Below, one piece after another: positions 1-10,547 of a stretch of DNA of 64,000 nucleotides (within the stretch, counting starts at the first letter, position 1; each line of letters starts with the position of its first letter). Location: NCBI GenBank assembly GCA_048270185.1, contig JBLWTJ010000001.1, positions 576,001 to 640,000 on the forward strand, in the 5' to 3' direction. The position numbers and the translations under genes were made by a program. The stretch comes from Bacteriovoracaceae bacterium (GTDB lineage Bacteria > Bdellovibrionota > Bacteriovoracia > Bacteriovoracales > Bacteriovoracaceae). The notes under the pieces are model-generated. The model was not told where the DNA came from and did not search any database. It saw only the letters and a list, made by a program, of their open reading frames with translations.

Positions 1-206
1 AAGAAACAATGGCCGATGCAGATGCAGCAGGTGTTGGTAACTTTAGCCGCTTTATTCAAAACACAGACAATGACAATGAACTAGGCCGAGTTGACTACTT
101 CTTTGATGGCCTAAAATGGAATGCAAATGTATATTGTATTCCTGCTAATGTTGCCTCTGCCCTGCAAAGCTCAACACCAGCAATTCAAGTTCTTAACTGT
201 AATTAA
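1..206 (+). CDS. 3' end of hypothetical protein (probably starts before the window)
   Basis: Frame open from the window edge to TAA at 204-206; overlaps the convergent gene by 14 bp. Confidence 0.55.
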   Translation, partial: ETMADADAAGVGNFSRFIQNTDNDNELGRVDYFFDGLKWNANVYCIPANVASALQSSTPAIQVLNCN

Positions 207-1209
207 GAATTATTTCTTGATAAATATTTTCAAGAATTTGTTGAGCACAAATAGTATTTTCTTTTGCTATTGAAGGATGAATTTTAAGTGTAAGTGTAAG
301 CTTACCATTAAACTCCATGGCCACGCATCCGATTGGAAAATTCTTAGAACCAGGAGTTGTTGCAAACCAAACCTCATCTGCCCCTAGTCCCTTATAATTA
401 CTATCATCCATCTGCCACGTACCAACATTAGAGAAAGTTCCAAGCCAGAAATTCTTAGTTGCTGACTTCTTTGATAGCTTGGCCATATAATTCTTTCCGA
501 AAAGAACTCCAATATGATGAACCCACCAAAGACCTATATGATTTAAAGTCTTAACCTTTTGTGTAAATCGAGATCTTATATCCTCGTATGCAGCATTGGC
601 ATTAAGTCTTAACTGAACAAAAGAAGTATGATTCTCGTATGGGTCTTTTTTTCTTACAATGCCACGTATGTTTATTGGTAACAGCCATGAATACTCCTGG
701 CCACGTGCCTGCTCTTTGATAAGAGCGAAGATGAAACGGTTTAGTAATTCAAGGATGACAATATTCTGAGAAAGTTTATTCTCATTTAAGTACTTATTAA
801 ATTTTTGAGTTTGCTCAACACTAAGAGCTTTTACAGCAAACTCATAATTATCTTTTGGACGTATTTCATTTTGCTCTCGCCATACAGGCCTTGATGCAGG
901 AGAAATATCCTTTGCCTTTAAGGCAAGCTTCACATGTTGCAAACATGAGATAGGCTTTGTGTAATTTGAATCGATTGGCCTTAAATCAGCACCCAGTTTA
1001 GTCATATAATATGGGATGGAGGCACTACCATCCATCAATGAGTGAGAATATTCAAAGTACTCACAATCTTTGAGTTCACCATCGATCCATTTTCCTCGGC
1101 CCACAACACATTGATCATTTTCTCCACGCTCTTTTAAAATTTCATACCAAACACCAACCCAGTCTCGGCTGAAGTAGCGATTAGTGATGATCGAAAAAGG
1201 CCAGATCAC
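193..1209 (-). CDS. CoA/ACP-dependent acyltransferase, condensation-domain/PapA-like
   Basis: HxxxDG motif (HSLMDG), PINIR and SNVG motifs; GTG start overlaps the upstream stop (GTGA). Confidence 0.65.
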   Translation of the reverse strand: MIWPFSIITNRYFSRDWVGVWYEILKERGENDQCVVGRGKWIDGELKDCEYFEYSHSLMDGSASIPYYMTKLGADLRPIDSNYTKPISCLQHVKLALKAKDISPASRPVWREQNEIRPKDNYEFAVKALSVEQTQKFNKYLNENKLSQNIVILELLNRFIFALIKEQARGQEYSWLLPINIRGIVRKKDPYENHTSFVQLRLNANAAYEDIRSRFTQKVKTLNHIGLWWVHHIGVLFGKNYMAKLSKKSATKNFWLGTFSNVGTWQMDDSNYKGLGADEVWFATTPGSKNFPIGCVAMEFNGKLTLTLKIHPSIAKENTICAQQILENIYQEIILNYS

Positions 1210-2291
1210 AGAAGACTTCCTTCAAAACGAAAAGGCTTTATTGGCCAAAGTCCATTATTCTTTGAGGTATGAATTTCAAACATATGGCCAGTATTTTTGA
1301 CAACAATACCATCGATTAAGAAATCGAAATCAATCTCATCCTGTCCAGTGTATAGATTACAAATATGGTACTTCTTTAAAATATTATTTTGTTTCAAATA
1401 TTTAAGCATACCAGTTATGAGTTCTTTCTTTGTGTCCTCGCTTGAAGCCGTTTTGAAAGTTAAGAATTGAATTTCTAGACTTTTGATATGTCCATTCTCA
1501 ACCTTAGGTTTACCAGTGCTTTCAATAAGCTGAGTTAGAAGTTTCTTTTGAGTCTTTAGATTATACATTTTATAAGATCGACCAAAGTCGGCATCAGTAT
1601 AAGCAAAGACAGCGGCCAATTCACTATTATCATAGATTCCAAAATAATGAGTCATTGGATCATTTGTTAAGTCTTCAGCTAACTCGAGATGGCGTGATTC
1701 ATTCTTATAGAACTCGATAAAATCATTAAAACTAATCTGTCTAACTTTCGCACGTGATGGGTTAAAAAGTGGAGGACTAACAACTGAATAGACATGGTAA
1801 TTATCGATATGACGATAGTTAAAACCACGCCCCCCTTTTGTTAATGAATTAATTGCAGCTTGATTATCAGAAAGGATCGCAGTGTATGCCATTTCACAAC
1901 GATCTTCTTCAGGTAAATTAGGTAGTAATTCGATAACTTCACTAAAGAGTTTACGCCACTGTACCTTTGCCCTGCGTCCCCCATTGGCGGCCACTCGTAA
2001 ATCACAAAAATATGCAACAGGTCTTATGGCCCCATCGACAAATCTTAGTTGTCTAATGATTGTACCGACTCCGCAAATACTTTTGTCATCGTTAAGAAAG
2101 AGAAAGGTCCAATACTTATTGCCCTTTCTCTCATAGAATTTAAAAAAATTAGCACCACGATCAAAAGACAGGGATTCTTCCCCTGTCTCCATATGTATAT
2201 CTTTATAGAATTCTAGAATTGCTTCGTTATCATCTTTAGTCGCAAGCCTTATATGTGTATAAGGCTCCATTACCTCTTGCAAGGTCGCCAT
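1206..2291 (-). CDS. GNAT-family N-acyltransferase-like protein
   Basis: IRLATKDD start, YFCDLRV strand, DNQAA motif; AAGGAG RBS. Confidence 0.6.
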   Translation of the reverse strand: MATLQEVMEPYTHIRLATKDDNEAILEFYKDIHMETGEESLSFDRGANFFKFYERKGNKYWTFLFLNDDKSICGVGTIIRQLRFVDGAIRPVAYFCDLRVAANGGRRAKVQWRKLFSEVIELLPNLPEEDRCEMAYTAILSDNQAAINSLTKGGRGFNYRHIDNYHVYSVVSPPLFNPSRAKVRQISFNDFIEFYKNESRHLELAEDLTNDPMTHYFGIYDNSELAAVFAYTDADFGRSYKMYNLKTQKKLLTQLIESTGKPKVENGHIKSLEIQFLTFKTASSEDTKKELITGMLKYLKQNNILKKYHICNLYTGQDEIDFDFLIDGIVVKNTGHMFEIHTSKNNGLWPIKPFRFEGSLL

Positions 2292-2300
2292 TAGAACTCC

Positions 2301-2972
2301 TTAGCTATAAGATTTTACTTTCTTCATCGATCGAGCTCTTATTAATCTCTTAAATAAGAATGTTACAATACGACCAAAAGAAAGGTGGACATTCATCATC
2401 GTCCCATACTCTATAACTTCGTCATCTGGCTCACTCATTCCCGGTAATATTTTAGTAAAACCTTTATAAAGGCGGTAAGGCCTAATTGTATTATAGATCT
2501 CCCCTAGCTTAGGCTTTGCACTTGAGTAGGCATAAATATAGTAACTACGGCCCATCTTCGTTGCTTCTAAATAAAGCATTAACCAGAAGTAAACTCCTAG
2601 AAGACGACAACGTTGATAGCGAGACATCCAAAGAGCTGTTGCTTCAAAAAGGTTATCTTCAAGATTAGGAACATCTTTATGTAATTTTGCTAAAGCTTCA
2701 TCAGGAAGACTTTTAACAACACGAGAGTCACTTCCAAGAGCAAAAGTAAAACCACCACACATTACACCGTGTTTATTAAATAGAGCGAATGTCTTATTAC
2801 GTGAGAGGAAGTCGATTGGAAATTTAACACCAATACGATTATACGTGAGTCTTTGAAATTCAACTAAATCATCGAGATCGCTAAGCTGTCTTAGCTGAGA
2901 GCGGTAAACTCTCTTTACTCTACGGCCAGTTCCAACAATAACACCTGGTAGCACAGCTAATTGTCTAATCAT
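2301..2972 (-). CDS. GNAT-fold protein resembling FeeM N-acyl amino acid synthase / LuxI-like enzymes
   Basis: FEATALWM resembles the E-x-x-R/K-L strand of acyl-ACP-dependent GNATs; AGGAG RBS. Confidence 0.45.
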   Translation of the reverse strand: MIRQLAVLPGVIVGTGRRVKRVYRSQLRQLSDLDDLVEFQRLTYNRIGVKFPIDFLSRNKTFALFNKHGVMCGGFTFALGSDSRVVKSLPDEALAKLHKDVPNLEDNLFEATALWMSRYQRCRLLGVYFWLMLYLEATKMGRSYYIYAYSSAKPKLGEIYNTIRPYRLYKGFTKILPGMSEPDDEVIEYGTMMNVHLSFGRIVTFLFKRLIRARSMKKVKSYS

Positions 2973-3320
2973 TACTCTCTCCTGTTAGAGTTTCCATGTA
3001 GTATTGGGAGACATTCTAGGAACATTAGCAATTATCAGTAAAACTTTTGTCCAATGTTAAAATTTCTCCAGCTTTCATCCTGCGCGACAATAATACCTAT
3101 AAAACTATAGGCTTATAAAGGGCCAAGGCCTGACACATTGTGTTTTCTTACAACGTTTTTGGCCAATTATGTCAAAAAAATTCTATTTGCAATAATTATT
3201 AGTGCCATCATGCCACCATATGAACGCTGCGCAATATAGAATAATTTCATATATTAACGCAAGTGTACATGACGAGCAGATTTGATGTTGCTAGATTCCT
3301 TCATTCACAAAAGGAGACCT

Positions 3321-5099
3321 ATGAAGGTAATCAATTATCTAGTTATATTAACTATTCTCAACATTTCTGGCCTGGTTCAAGCAATGGACAAAACGGCTTT
3401 TTCTGGCAAGGATTTTTGGTATATCGACCAAGTTGATCGAGTTGAGATCATCACTGACCTATATAAGCAAACAAAGTCTGAGTACGCTCTTTGGACTCAT
3501 AAGAAAAAGCGCATGGGTATTGACGGTGACAAGCTCTTTACAGATGCAATCAATACAGAACTTAGTATTGAAGATACGAAAGACTCTCTTTCTCAAGCTC
3601 GTGCAAATATGGAATTCTATGACCGTGCAAAGAAGTTAATTGCAGGGTTTAAGGATACTCACTTTGGACTAAGAACACATATTTCAGCGCCTTGGATCGT
3701 TTCAGGTTTTAATACAAAATATGTCGTTGATTCAGAAAAGATTATCATTGCGAGTAAGTATAATAAGGTTATCCAAAAATCGATGATCGAAACTGAAAAC
3801 ACAGATATGGCCCTTATCGAATTAGGTGATGAGCTACTAACTGTTGACGGTGTTAAGGCCCAAGATCTATTAAAAGATCTTTCTCAGTATATCGATGCCT
3901 CAAGCCCTGAGTTTGCAAGAGACATGGCCGCAGCTTACTTACTTGAGCGCTACTTTTCTTTCCCAACAAAACCATACTTTGATATCGAAGTTAAAAGCGC
4001 AAAGCTTGATAAAGTACTTAAGGTTCGCCTACCTCTTTACTACTCTGGAAATACTTCAAGAGTTAGAAAGAAAGATATCTCTTACTACCTAGACAAGAAA
4101 GGGTTCCTAAAACTAAAAGAACTAAGATTTAAGTGGTCTCAAAAAGATATGAAGTTTGTTAAGGATACAAGTCTAGTAGTTGAAACTTTTGATAGCTCTC
4201 TACCAAAAGGTGCGGTTGAACTTGAGAATTGGACCTCAGCTCAAGCAGGAGGAAGCTCAATTGTTCAATCGGCGTTAATCCTAAAGAATGCTAAAGCTTA
4301 TGCTTACCTCGCTGTTAACTCATTCTCTGTATCAACTGTTTACTATAAAGGTGAAGAAGTATCTTTCCTAACTGCTCTTGCAAGAAATATAAAATTCTTC
4401 AAAGACCAAGGACTAGATCTGATTCTAGATATTAGAAATAATGGTGGAGGTAATGGAAATTATCCATCTCAACTTGTTTCGATGCTCACACAAAAGGATG
4501 CATCTCATCCAAATGCATCTTGGGCAACTCCAGTTACTCGCTACATGAGACACCTAATGGATTACTACTCTGTTGAAGATATCTTTAAGGACGCAACAGG
4601 AGCTAATTGGACTAGACAGGCTGATGCTTTCTACGAAGCAGTTGATCTTGAGCTTCCATACTCAAGAGCAATTCAAGGTGATGCTATTACTGCTCACGAA
4701 GGTGTAAAAGGTTATGAAGGTAAAATCGTAGCTCTTATCTCACCAAATTGTATTTCGGCATGTGATATCACTTCAATCATCCTCAAGGTTTCTGGACGTG
4801 CTCAGATTCTAGGGACAAATGCAAATGGTACAGGGGCCGGTTACCGCTCAAATCAAGACCTAAATACACAGTTTAAAGACCGCTACAACGTATTCGCGAC
4901 AAATATCCCTAATATGCTTTTTGGATACGGTAAAAAGGATTTTGACGCCAATAATGACTTAGGACTTGATTCAGCATATGAATTAAATTCTGAAAACGTT
5001 CCAGTTAAAGCTGATATTGAATACAAGGAAACTTTTGAAGATACGAAGAACTACATGAGTGGTTGGATCACAAAAGCAATTGAAGTATTAAATCAATAA
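3321..5099 (+). CDS. Secreted S41 family peptidase
   Basis: Signal peptide, DTHF, LILDIRNNGGG, CISACD, GTNANGTG; AAGGAG RBS before ATG 3321. Confidence 0.85.
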   Translation: MKVINYLVILTILNISGLVQAMDKTAFSGKDFWYIDQVDRVEIITDLYKQTKSEYALWTHKKKRMGIDGDKLFTDAINTELSIEDTKDSLSQARANMEFYDRAKKLIAGFKDTHFGLRTHISAPWIVSGFNTKYVVDSEKIIIASKYNKVIQKSMIETENTDMALIELGDELLTVDGVKAQDLLKDLSQYIDASSPEFARDMAAAYLLERYFSFPTKPYFDIEVKSAKLDKVLKVRLPLYYSGNTSRVRKKDISYYLDKKGFLKLKELRFKWSQKDMKFVKDTSLVVETFDSSLPKGAVELENWTSAQAGGSSIVQSALILKNAKAYAYLAVNSFSVSTVYYKGEEVSFLTALARNIKFFKDQGLDLILDIRNNGGGNGNYPSQLVSMLTQKDASHPNASWATPVTRYMRHLMDYYSVEDIFKDATGANWTRQADAFYEAVDLELPYSRAIQGDAITAHEGVKGYEGKIVALISPNCISACDITSIILKVSGRAQILGTNANGTGAGYRSNQDLNTQFKDRYNVFATNIPNMLFGYGKKDFDANNDLGLDSAYELNSENVPVKADIEYKETFEDTKNYMSGWITKAIEVLNQ

Positions 5100-5116
5100 G
5101 AAGTAAATAAAGAAGT

Positions 5117-5149
5117 AAAAAAGGGCCATCTATATGGCCCTTTTTTTTT
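5117..5149. terminator. Bidirectional intrinsic terminator
   Basis: AAAAAAGGGCCAT-ctat-ATGGCCCTTTTTT between convergent genes. Confidence 0.85.
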
Positions 5150-7208
5150 ATAGTGATGCTGGAGATCTTAAGTTCTCTTTGATTTGAAATTGAGTGAAAA
5201 TATTTTCTCGATTCTCACCTTCTGAGAAGTAATTCAGATATGGAATCCCCCCATTAAGATTTGCACTAAAGCTTCCCTTGTTAGGATGGGCCCCAAATAA
5301 ACTCGTAAGCTGCGAATCTTTTTTAATTTCATTATTAACATTATAGACAACGTCTTTAAAACGCCACAATGGAAGTTCATGCTTATACTTAGCATAGAGT
5401 TGCTTTGAGCCTATCTCCATACAAGTTGATACCATTGCACGTTTCTTTGAAGGCCTAAAGATATATCGCCAACGATACTTCTTCTCACATTTTTTCTTTA
5501 TGGCCGCAGAGTAATTGCCTGTGGCCCATTCTTTAAGAAACTTCCCGTAGGCATTATAAAGTTTACTTCGACAGCTACTAAATAGTGATCGCAGTTTTAC
5601 AAAGAAATTCTTTGATTTTAATCCACAGATATCTTTAAAGACATTATAGACTTCTGAAGAATTGCGATTTAAGAAGTTAGCGACATTTGTATTATCCATT
5701 GTAATTGTCGAAGAAAACTCAGCAGGGGCTCCTACTGAATAATTCTCAAAAACAGATGCGAAGTTACCATAACTATTCGTTCTCGAACGAATTAGATTCC
5801 CCATCTTAGATTCAACCTTTGCCTTCTTACGATTGAATTTATTTTGTTGCCTAAGAGTCATCGTAAAGACGTTGTCACTAAAGATATCAAAATCTTGACG
5901 TGCATGAATGAGCTCTTCTTCGGACTCGTAATTCATATTAACAATTTTTGAATCAACTCGATCATTAGACACTAACTGGTCATATCCAATAAGCTTACCA
6001 AGAACAATCCCGAGAAGTTTAGATAGGAAGTTTTGCGAATAAGATAATCTCTCATAGCGATGAGAGAAGAATTTATGTACCATTCCATCTTTTACAACTT
6101 CTGTCGACTCTGTCTGAGAGCTCTTTACACCACCAATAATGAAGGCCAGATACTTACTCTCTTTTAATTCTTTTTTACGGTTTTCAAAAGTCGTAATATT
6201 ATCTGCAAGCTTATTGTAATTAAACTTTCCAAAGCGAACAATCTTAGTCAACTCCTTAATCTTTTCACTATCATTTAAGTCATCAACATAAATTGACATA
6301 TAAGCTTTGTAAGATTTCTCAAAACTATAGTTGAAGTCATAGCGAAATAGAGTCAATTGAACGATCTTTAAGAAATCGATCATCAGAGTTACATTTGTAC
6401 CTGCAGAGATAAGCTTAGAGTCTGTTGCGTTTAATCGAATTAACTCATTTGGTTTAGCATTATCAGCAGGCCCTAAGCGCTGAATTTCAACACTGGACTT
6501 AGTTTCGTACTTTGCAAGAGCTCCTGCTGCGACACCAATACCTTGATAAGAGGCCGTGACGGCACCACCAGCAGCAAAAGTTAAAGAATCTTCCTTCTTA
6601 ATAAAATCATAATCACCTAATTGATTGAAGTTCTTAGGTTTTAAATATTTATACATAAAGAAGAGACGATCAAAATTTGTCTGAAGTGCATCTTGAGCAT
6701 TTGGAGCAAAGTGATTATACCTCATCGTTCTCTTGAGAGATAAATTACTATAGGCCTTAAGGGCCGAAGCAGAGATATCGATAATTCCCTTTTCTTGAAG
6801 TGCACCCAGGAAATTTCGAGCAGAAATTTCGATAACCATTTCATCATTAACAAGATATTGATCTTCATCAAAGAGAGATGGAGCGGCACTACGGTTAAAG
6901 GAAACCTTAAAACCATGAAAGTCACCAGCATGTCGCCAACCAATTAAGTTAACACCACCAAAGAAGCCATTGGCATCCTGACTAAGTCGATCACCGATTG
7001 TTTGATAATTTGCTTCATAATTATCATAGATCTGCTTATAGATTGGAGAAATATCGGCCAAATCAGTACCCGAAAACTCACTTTCTAATTTATTCTTATC
7101 GACACTAAAATTTGTGAAATCCTGAGCATAGGATGGCATAGCAAATGAAAATATAGTGAATAGAATCAGAAAATACACTATTGCCCCTGTCTTATATCTC
7201 TTGTTCAC
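5148..7208 (-). CDS. Large secreted hypothetical protein
   Basis: 686-aa ORF with signal peptide, beta-rich middle, Cys-containing C-terminal region, ends in RSPASL. Confidence 0.8.
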   Translation of the reverse strand: MNKRYKTGAIVYFLILFTIFSFAMPSYAQDFTNFSVDKNKLESEFSGTDLADISPIYKQIYDNYEANYQTIGDRLSQDANGFFGGVNLIGWRHAGDFHGFKVSFNRSAAPSLFDEDQYLVNDEMVIEISARNFLGALQEKGIIDISASALKAYSNLSLKRTMRYNHFAPNAQDALQTNFDRLFFMYKYLKPKNFNQLGDYDFIKKEDSLTFAAGGAVTASYQGIGVAAGALAKYETKSSVEIQRLGPADNAKPNELIRLNATDSKLISAGTNVTLMIDFLKIVQLTLFRYDFNYSFEKSYKAYMSIYVDDLNDSEKIKELTKIVRFGKFNYNKLADNITTFENRKKELKESKYLAFIIGGVKSSQTESTEVVKDGMVHKFFSHRYERLSYSQNFLSKLLGIVLGKLIGYDQLVSNDRVDSKIVNMNYESEEELIHARQDFDIFSDNVFTMTLRQQNKFNRKKAKVESKMGNLIRSRTNSYGNFASVFENYSVGAPAEFSSTITMDNTNVANFLNRNSSEVYNVFKDICGLKSKNFFVKLRSLFSSCRSKLYNAYGKFLKEWATGNYSAAIKKKCEKKYRWRYIFRPSKKRAMVSTCMEIGSKQLYAKYKHELPLWRFKDVVYNVNNEIKKDSQLTSLFGAHPNKGSFSANLNGGIPYLNYFSEGENRENIFTQFQIKENLRSPASL

Positions 7209-7510
7209 GATTATCCCCCTCTTTTATGACCTGAAATTAGGCCACTCAATTGGAAAAAAAACCGGAACCGACGTGCAATAGTTCTTTTAACCTAAAGAGG
7301 ATGATACGTTCACATATCGACGCAATGCAAGAATTTATTGATATTTATTGTCAATTATGCAGTTTTAGAGGGTTACAAAGATTTTTTGATAGATTTTAAT
7401 TAACACAAGTTAAATTTAATTTAATTGAGCTATTGTTGACATTAGACGATACTAAGTTAAGAAATCAAACAAGGGAATTTACTCCCTGAAGGTAGATAAG
7501 GAGATAATTT

Positions 7511-8248
7511 ATGGCATTTGAAAGTATTGACGGTAAACAAGTACCAAAGACATCATTCAAAGTATTTAAGGACGGAACTCTAGTTGATGTAACATATGAT
7601 GAAGTATTTAAGGGAAGAAGAGTTGCTATCTTCTCTCTACCAGGAGCTTATACTCCTACATGTTCATCGACTCACCTACCTCGCTATAATGAATTAGCTG
7701 ATGCAATTAAGAAGGAAGGCATTGATGATATCTACGTTCTATCAGTAAACGATGCATTTGTTATGGATGCATGGATTCAAGATCAGAATGCAGAAAATAT
7801 CAAAGTACTACCAGATGGAAATGGCGATTTCACAAAGGGTATTGGGTTACTAGTTGATAAATCTGATATTGGATTTGGCGCTAGAACTTGGAGATATTCA
7901 ATGGTTGTTAAAGATGGCGTTGTTGAGAAGTCATTTATTGAACCAGATAAACCAGGTGATCCGTTTGAAGTTTCTGATGCGGACACAATGCTTAAGTATT
8001 TAAACCCACAGGCCAAGGCGCCTGAAGCAGTTGCAATCTTTACAAGGCCAGGCTGTCCTCACTGTCATCGTGCAAAAGAGCTACTGACACAGAAGGGTCA
8101 CCGCTATAATGAAATCATTCTTGGTAAAGATGCTTCAAACCAGTCACTATTTGCAATTACTGGTCAAACAAAAGTACCTCAGATTTTTATTAACGGTGAA
8201 AGAATTGGTGGACGAGATAAATTAGAAGAATTATTTGGTGTAAAATAA
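7511..8248 (+). CDS. Hybrid peroxiredoxin-glutaredoxin (Prx5-Grx)
   Basis: LPGAYTPTCS, SVNDAFVM; C-terminal CPHC and VPQIFI glutaredoxin domain. Confidence 0.95.
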   Translation: MAFESIDGKQVPKTSFKVFKDGTLVDVTYDEVFKGRRVAIFSLPGAYTPTCSSTHLPRYNELADAIKKEGIDDIYVLSVNDAFVMDAWIQDQNAENIKVLPDGNGDFTKGIGLLVDKSDIGFGARTWRYSMVVKDGVVEKSFIEPDKPGDPFEVSDADTMLKYLNPQAKAPEAVAIFTRPGCPHCHRAKELLTQKGHRYNEIILGKDASNQSLFAITGQTKVPQIFINGERIGGRDKLEELFGVK

Positions 8249-8252
8249 AAAT

Positions 8253-8275
8253 AAGGCCCACTTTTAGTGGGCCTT
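8253..8275. terminator. Hairpin terminator between convergent genes
   Basis: AAGGCCCACT-ttt-AGTGGGCCTT. Confidence 0.7.
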
Positions 8276-8280
8276 CTACA

Positions 8281-10467
8281 TTAGATTAAAAATAGCATTT
8301 CAAAATAAGTTGGCACAGGCCATGATTCATCAGGAACGATGCGCTCAAGTTTTGCACAATGTTCAGCAATGACCTCACTGATAGGCATTAGATTATAAGC
8401 AAGAGCATGTGCTTTCTTCTCTTCATCTTCTTCCTTAGCTAAAGCTGCTAGGCTATTTCTTAGATTACGAGTTTGCTCAAAAGCCGCTTCAAGTGAGAAT
8501 TGAAGATCTTTTAAAATTTCAGTCTCAACACCTGCTTCAACCTTACAAGCTTTACTTGAAATAATAGAAGCTGTTAGCTTTGATTTGTAATCAAGAGCTG
8601 CAGGAATAATATGCTGACCAACCATATTGGCCAAAGTATCAAATTCAATTGATCGCTTTGTAATATAAGTCTCAAGAGCAACGTGATAACGAGTCTCTAG
8701 CTCTGTTGCACGATAAATTCCATGTTTAGTTAGAAAATCAGTTTCTTTCTTATCAACAAGTACGTTTAGACAATCTGCAGTTGTCTTAAGATTTGGAAGT
8801 CCTCTTCTTTCAGCTTCGACAAGCCAAGCGTCTGAGTATCCATCACCATTAAAAATAATATCCCAAGATTCATTTATATAAAGATGACAAATATCTAATA
8901 GGGCCTGATCAATTGATGTCCCCCCCTGAATTTTAGCTTCAAGTTGAGCATTGGCCTCTTCAAGTACACTTGCTACTGCACCATTAAGAACTGTTAAAGG
9001 GAAACCAATAGACTGGTCTGAACCACAAGCACGGAATTCAAATTTATTTCCAGTGAATGCAAATGGAGATGTCCTGTTACGGTCAGTATTATCTTTTGGA
9101 AGCTTTGCAAGTTGCCCGGCCCCTAAATCTAGTATTGTTTGAGACTCAGGAGAGAACTCCTTACCTTCTTTTATTGCAGATAAGATTTGCTCAATTGTTG
9201 AACCAGTAAAGACTGAGATAATCGATGGAGGCGCTTCGTTAGCTCCAAGACGATGGTCATTACTATGAGACGCAATTGAAGCGCGCATAAGTTTTGCGTG
9301 TCTTTTAACGGCCGCAATAACAACTGAAGTAAATGCTAAGAAGCGGTAGTTTTGATGCGGCTCACTTCCTGGCTCAAGAAGATTGATTCCCGTATCACTT
9401 GCAAGTGACCAGTTAAGGTGTTTACCTGAACCGTTGATACCAGCAAATGGCTTCTCGTGCATCAGAGCGACAAAGCCGTGTCTCTTAGCGACATTTTGAA
9501 TCATGGCCATAACCATTTGGTTATTGTCAGCTGAGATATTTGCATCTCTAAAAATTTGTGCAAGTTCGAATTGCCCTGGTGCAACCTCATTGTGACGAGT
9601 CTTTGCAGGGATCCCCAAGCGGTGAAGTTCAAAATCAAGTTCTTCCATAAAGGCCAGAACTCTCTCATTAATTGCTCCAAAGTAGTGATCATCAAGCTGT
9701 TGGTTCTTTGAAGAAGATGCACCAAAGAGAGTACGCCCTGTCATTACAAGGTCTTCTCTTTGATAGAAATAACTCTTATCAATAAGAAAGTATTCTTGTT
9801 CTGCTCCACAAGTTGCAATAACTCGCTTTACATCAGTTGATCCCGTTAGGTGCATGAACTTCTTTGCTGCGCTACCAAGAGTTGAAACTGATCTTAAAAG
9901 TGGAGTTTTAATATCAAGGGCCTCGCCATGGTATGAAACGAAGGCCGTTGGAATACAAAGTGTTTTTGCTTCCGTCCCCTCTATTAAGAACATTGGAGAA
10001 GTTAAGTCCCAGGCCGTATATCCACGGGCCTCAAAAGTTGAGCGTGAACCACCATTTGGAAAAGAAGAAGCATCTGGCTCACCTTGAATAAGTTGCGAAG
10101 CTGAAAGCTTTTCAATTGGCTTACCTGTATCGTAATCAAAATCTAAGAAGGCATCATGCTTTTCAGCAGTTGATCCCGTTAGTGGCTGAAACCAGTGACA
10201 AAAGTGTGTTGCACCTTTTGAGATGGCCCATTTTGTTACAGCTTTTGCAACAATTTCAGCTTGAGATTTTGTAATGTGTGAATTTGTGTTGATGGCCTCA
10301 GCAAGTTCTTCCTTAATTGAATCAGGAATTTCTTCTGCCGTATGAATATCGAATGTATTCTCGCCGTAGTACTCAGTAACTCTTTTGTGATTACCGGCAT
10401 TGTCTCTTGGACGAAAAAAACCTAGGCCTTGATTTAGTGTTTCTTGAAAAGAATTTTTAACACTCAT
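8281..10467 (-). CDS. glnA: Glutamine synthetase type III
   Basis: HWFQPLTG, EKHDAF, GEPDASSFPNGG, HNEVAPGQFE, NGSGKH, DRNRTSPFAFTGNKFEFR; 728 aa. Confidence 0.95.
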   Translation of the reverse strand: MSVKNSFQETLNQGLGFFRPRDNAGNHKRVTEYYGENTFDIHTAEEIPDSIKEELAEAINTNSHITKSQAEIVAKAVTKWAISKGATHFCHWFQPLTGSTAEKHDAFLDFDYDTGKPIEKLSASQLIQGEPDASSFPNGGSRSTFEARGYTAWDLTSPMFLIEGTEAKTLCIPTAFVSYHGEALDIKTPLLRSVSTLGSAAKKFMHLTGSTDVKRVIATCGAEQEYFLIDKSYFYQREDLVMTGRTLFGASSSKNQQLDDHYFGAINERVLAFMEELDFELHRLGIPAKTRHNEVAPGQFELAQIFRDANISADNNQMVMAMIQNVAKRHGFVALMHEKPFAGINGSGKHLNWSLASDTGINLLEPGSEPHQNYRFLAFTSVVIAAVKRHAKLMRASIASHSNDHRLGANEAPPSIISVFTGSTIEQILSAIKEGKEFSPESQTILDLGAGQLAKLPKDNTDRNRTSPFAFTGNKFEFRACGSDQSIGFPLTVLNGAVASVLEEANAQLEAKIQGGTSIDQALLDICHLYINESWDIIFNGDGYSDAWLVEAERRGLPNLKTTADCLNVLVDKKETDFLTKHGIYRATELETRYHVALETYITKRSIEFDTLANMVGQHIIPAALDYKSKLTASIISSKACKVEAGVETEILKDLQFSLEAAFEQTRNLRNSLAALAKEEDEEKKAHALAYNLMPISEVIAEHCAKLERIVPDESWPVPTYFEMLFLI

Positions 10468-10547
10468 GATAACTTCCTCTCCGTGGTAGCTTAGTTGAAT
10501 AACTAGCTATATTATAGGAAAGAAAGGCAATTAGTGCCAATAAAATT

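Noticed and set aside
7389..7433. Possible OxyR site (ATAG...CTAT) upstream of the Prx-Grx hybrid
   Set aside because: Spacing does not fit ATAG-N7-CTAT-N7-ATAG-N7-CTAT, and the region is very AT-rich
10524..10540. Sigma-54 promoter for glnA (TGGCAC...TTGC on the minus strand)
   Set aside because: GG-to-GC spacing is two bases too short
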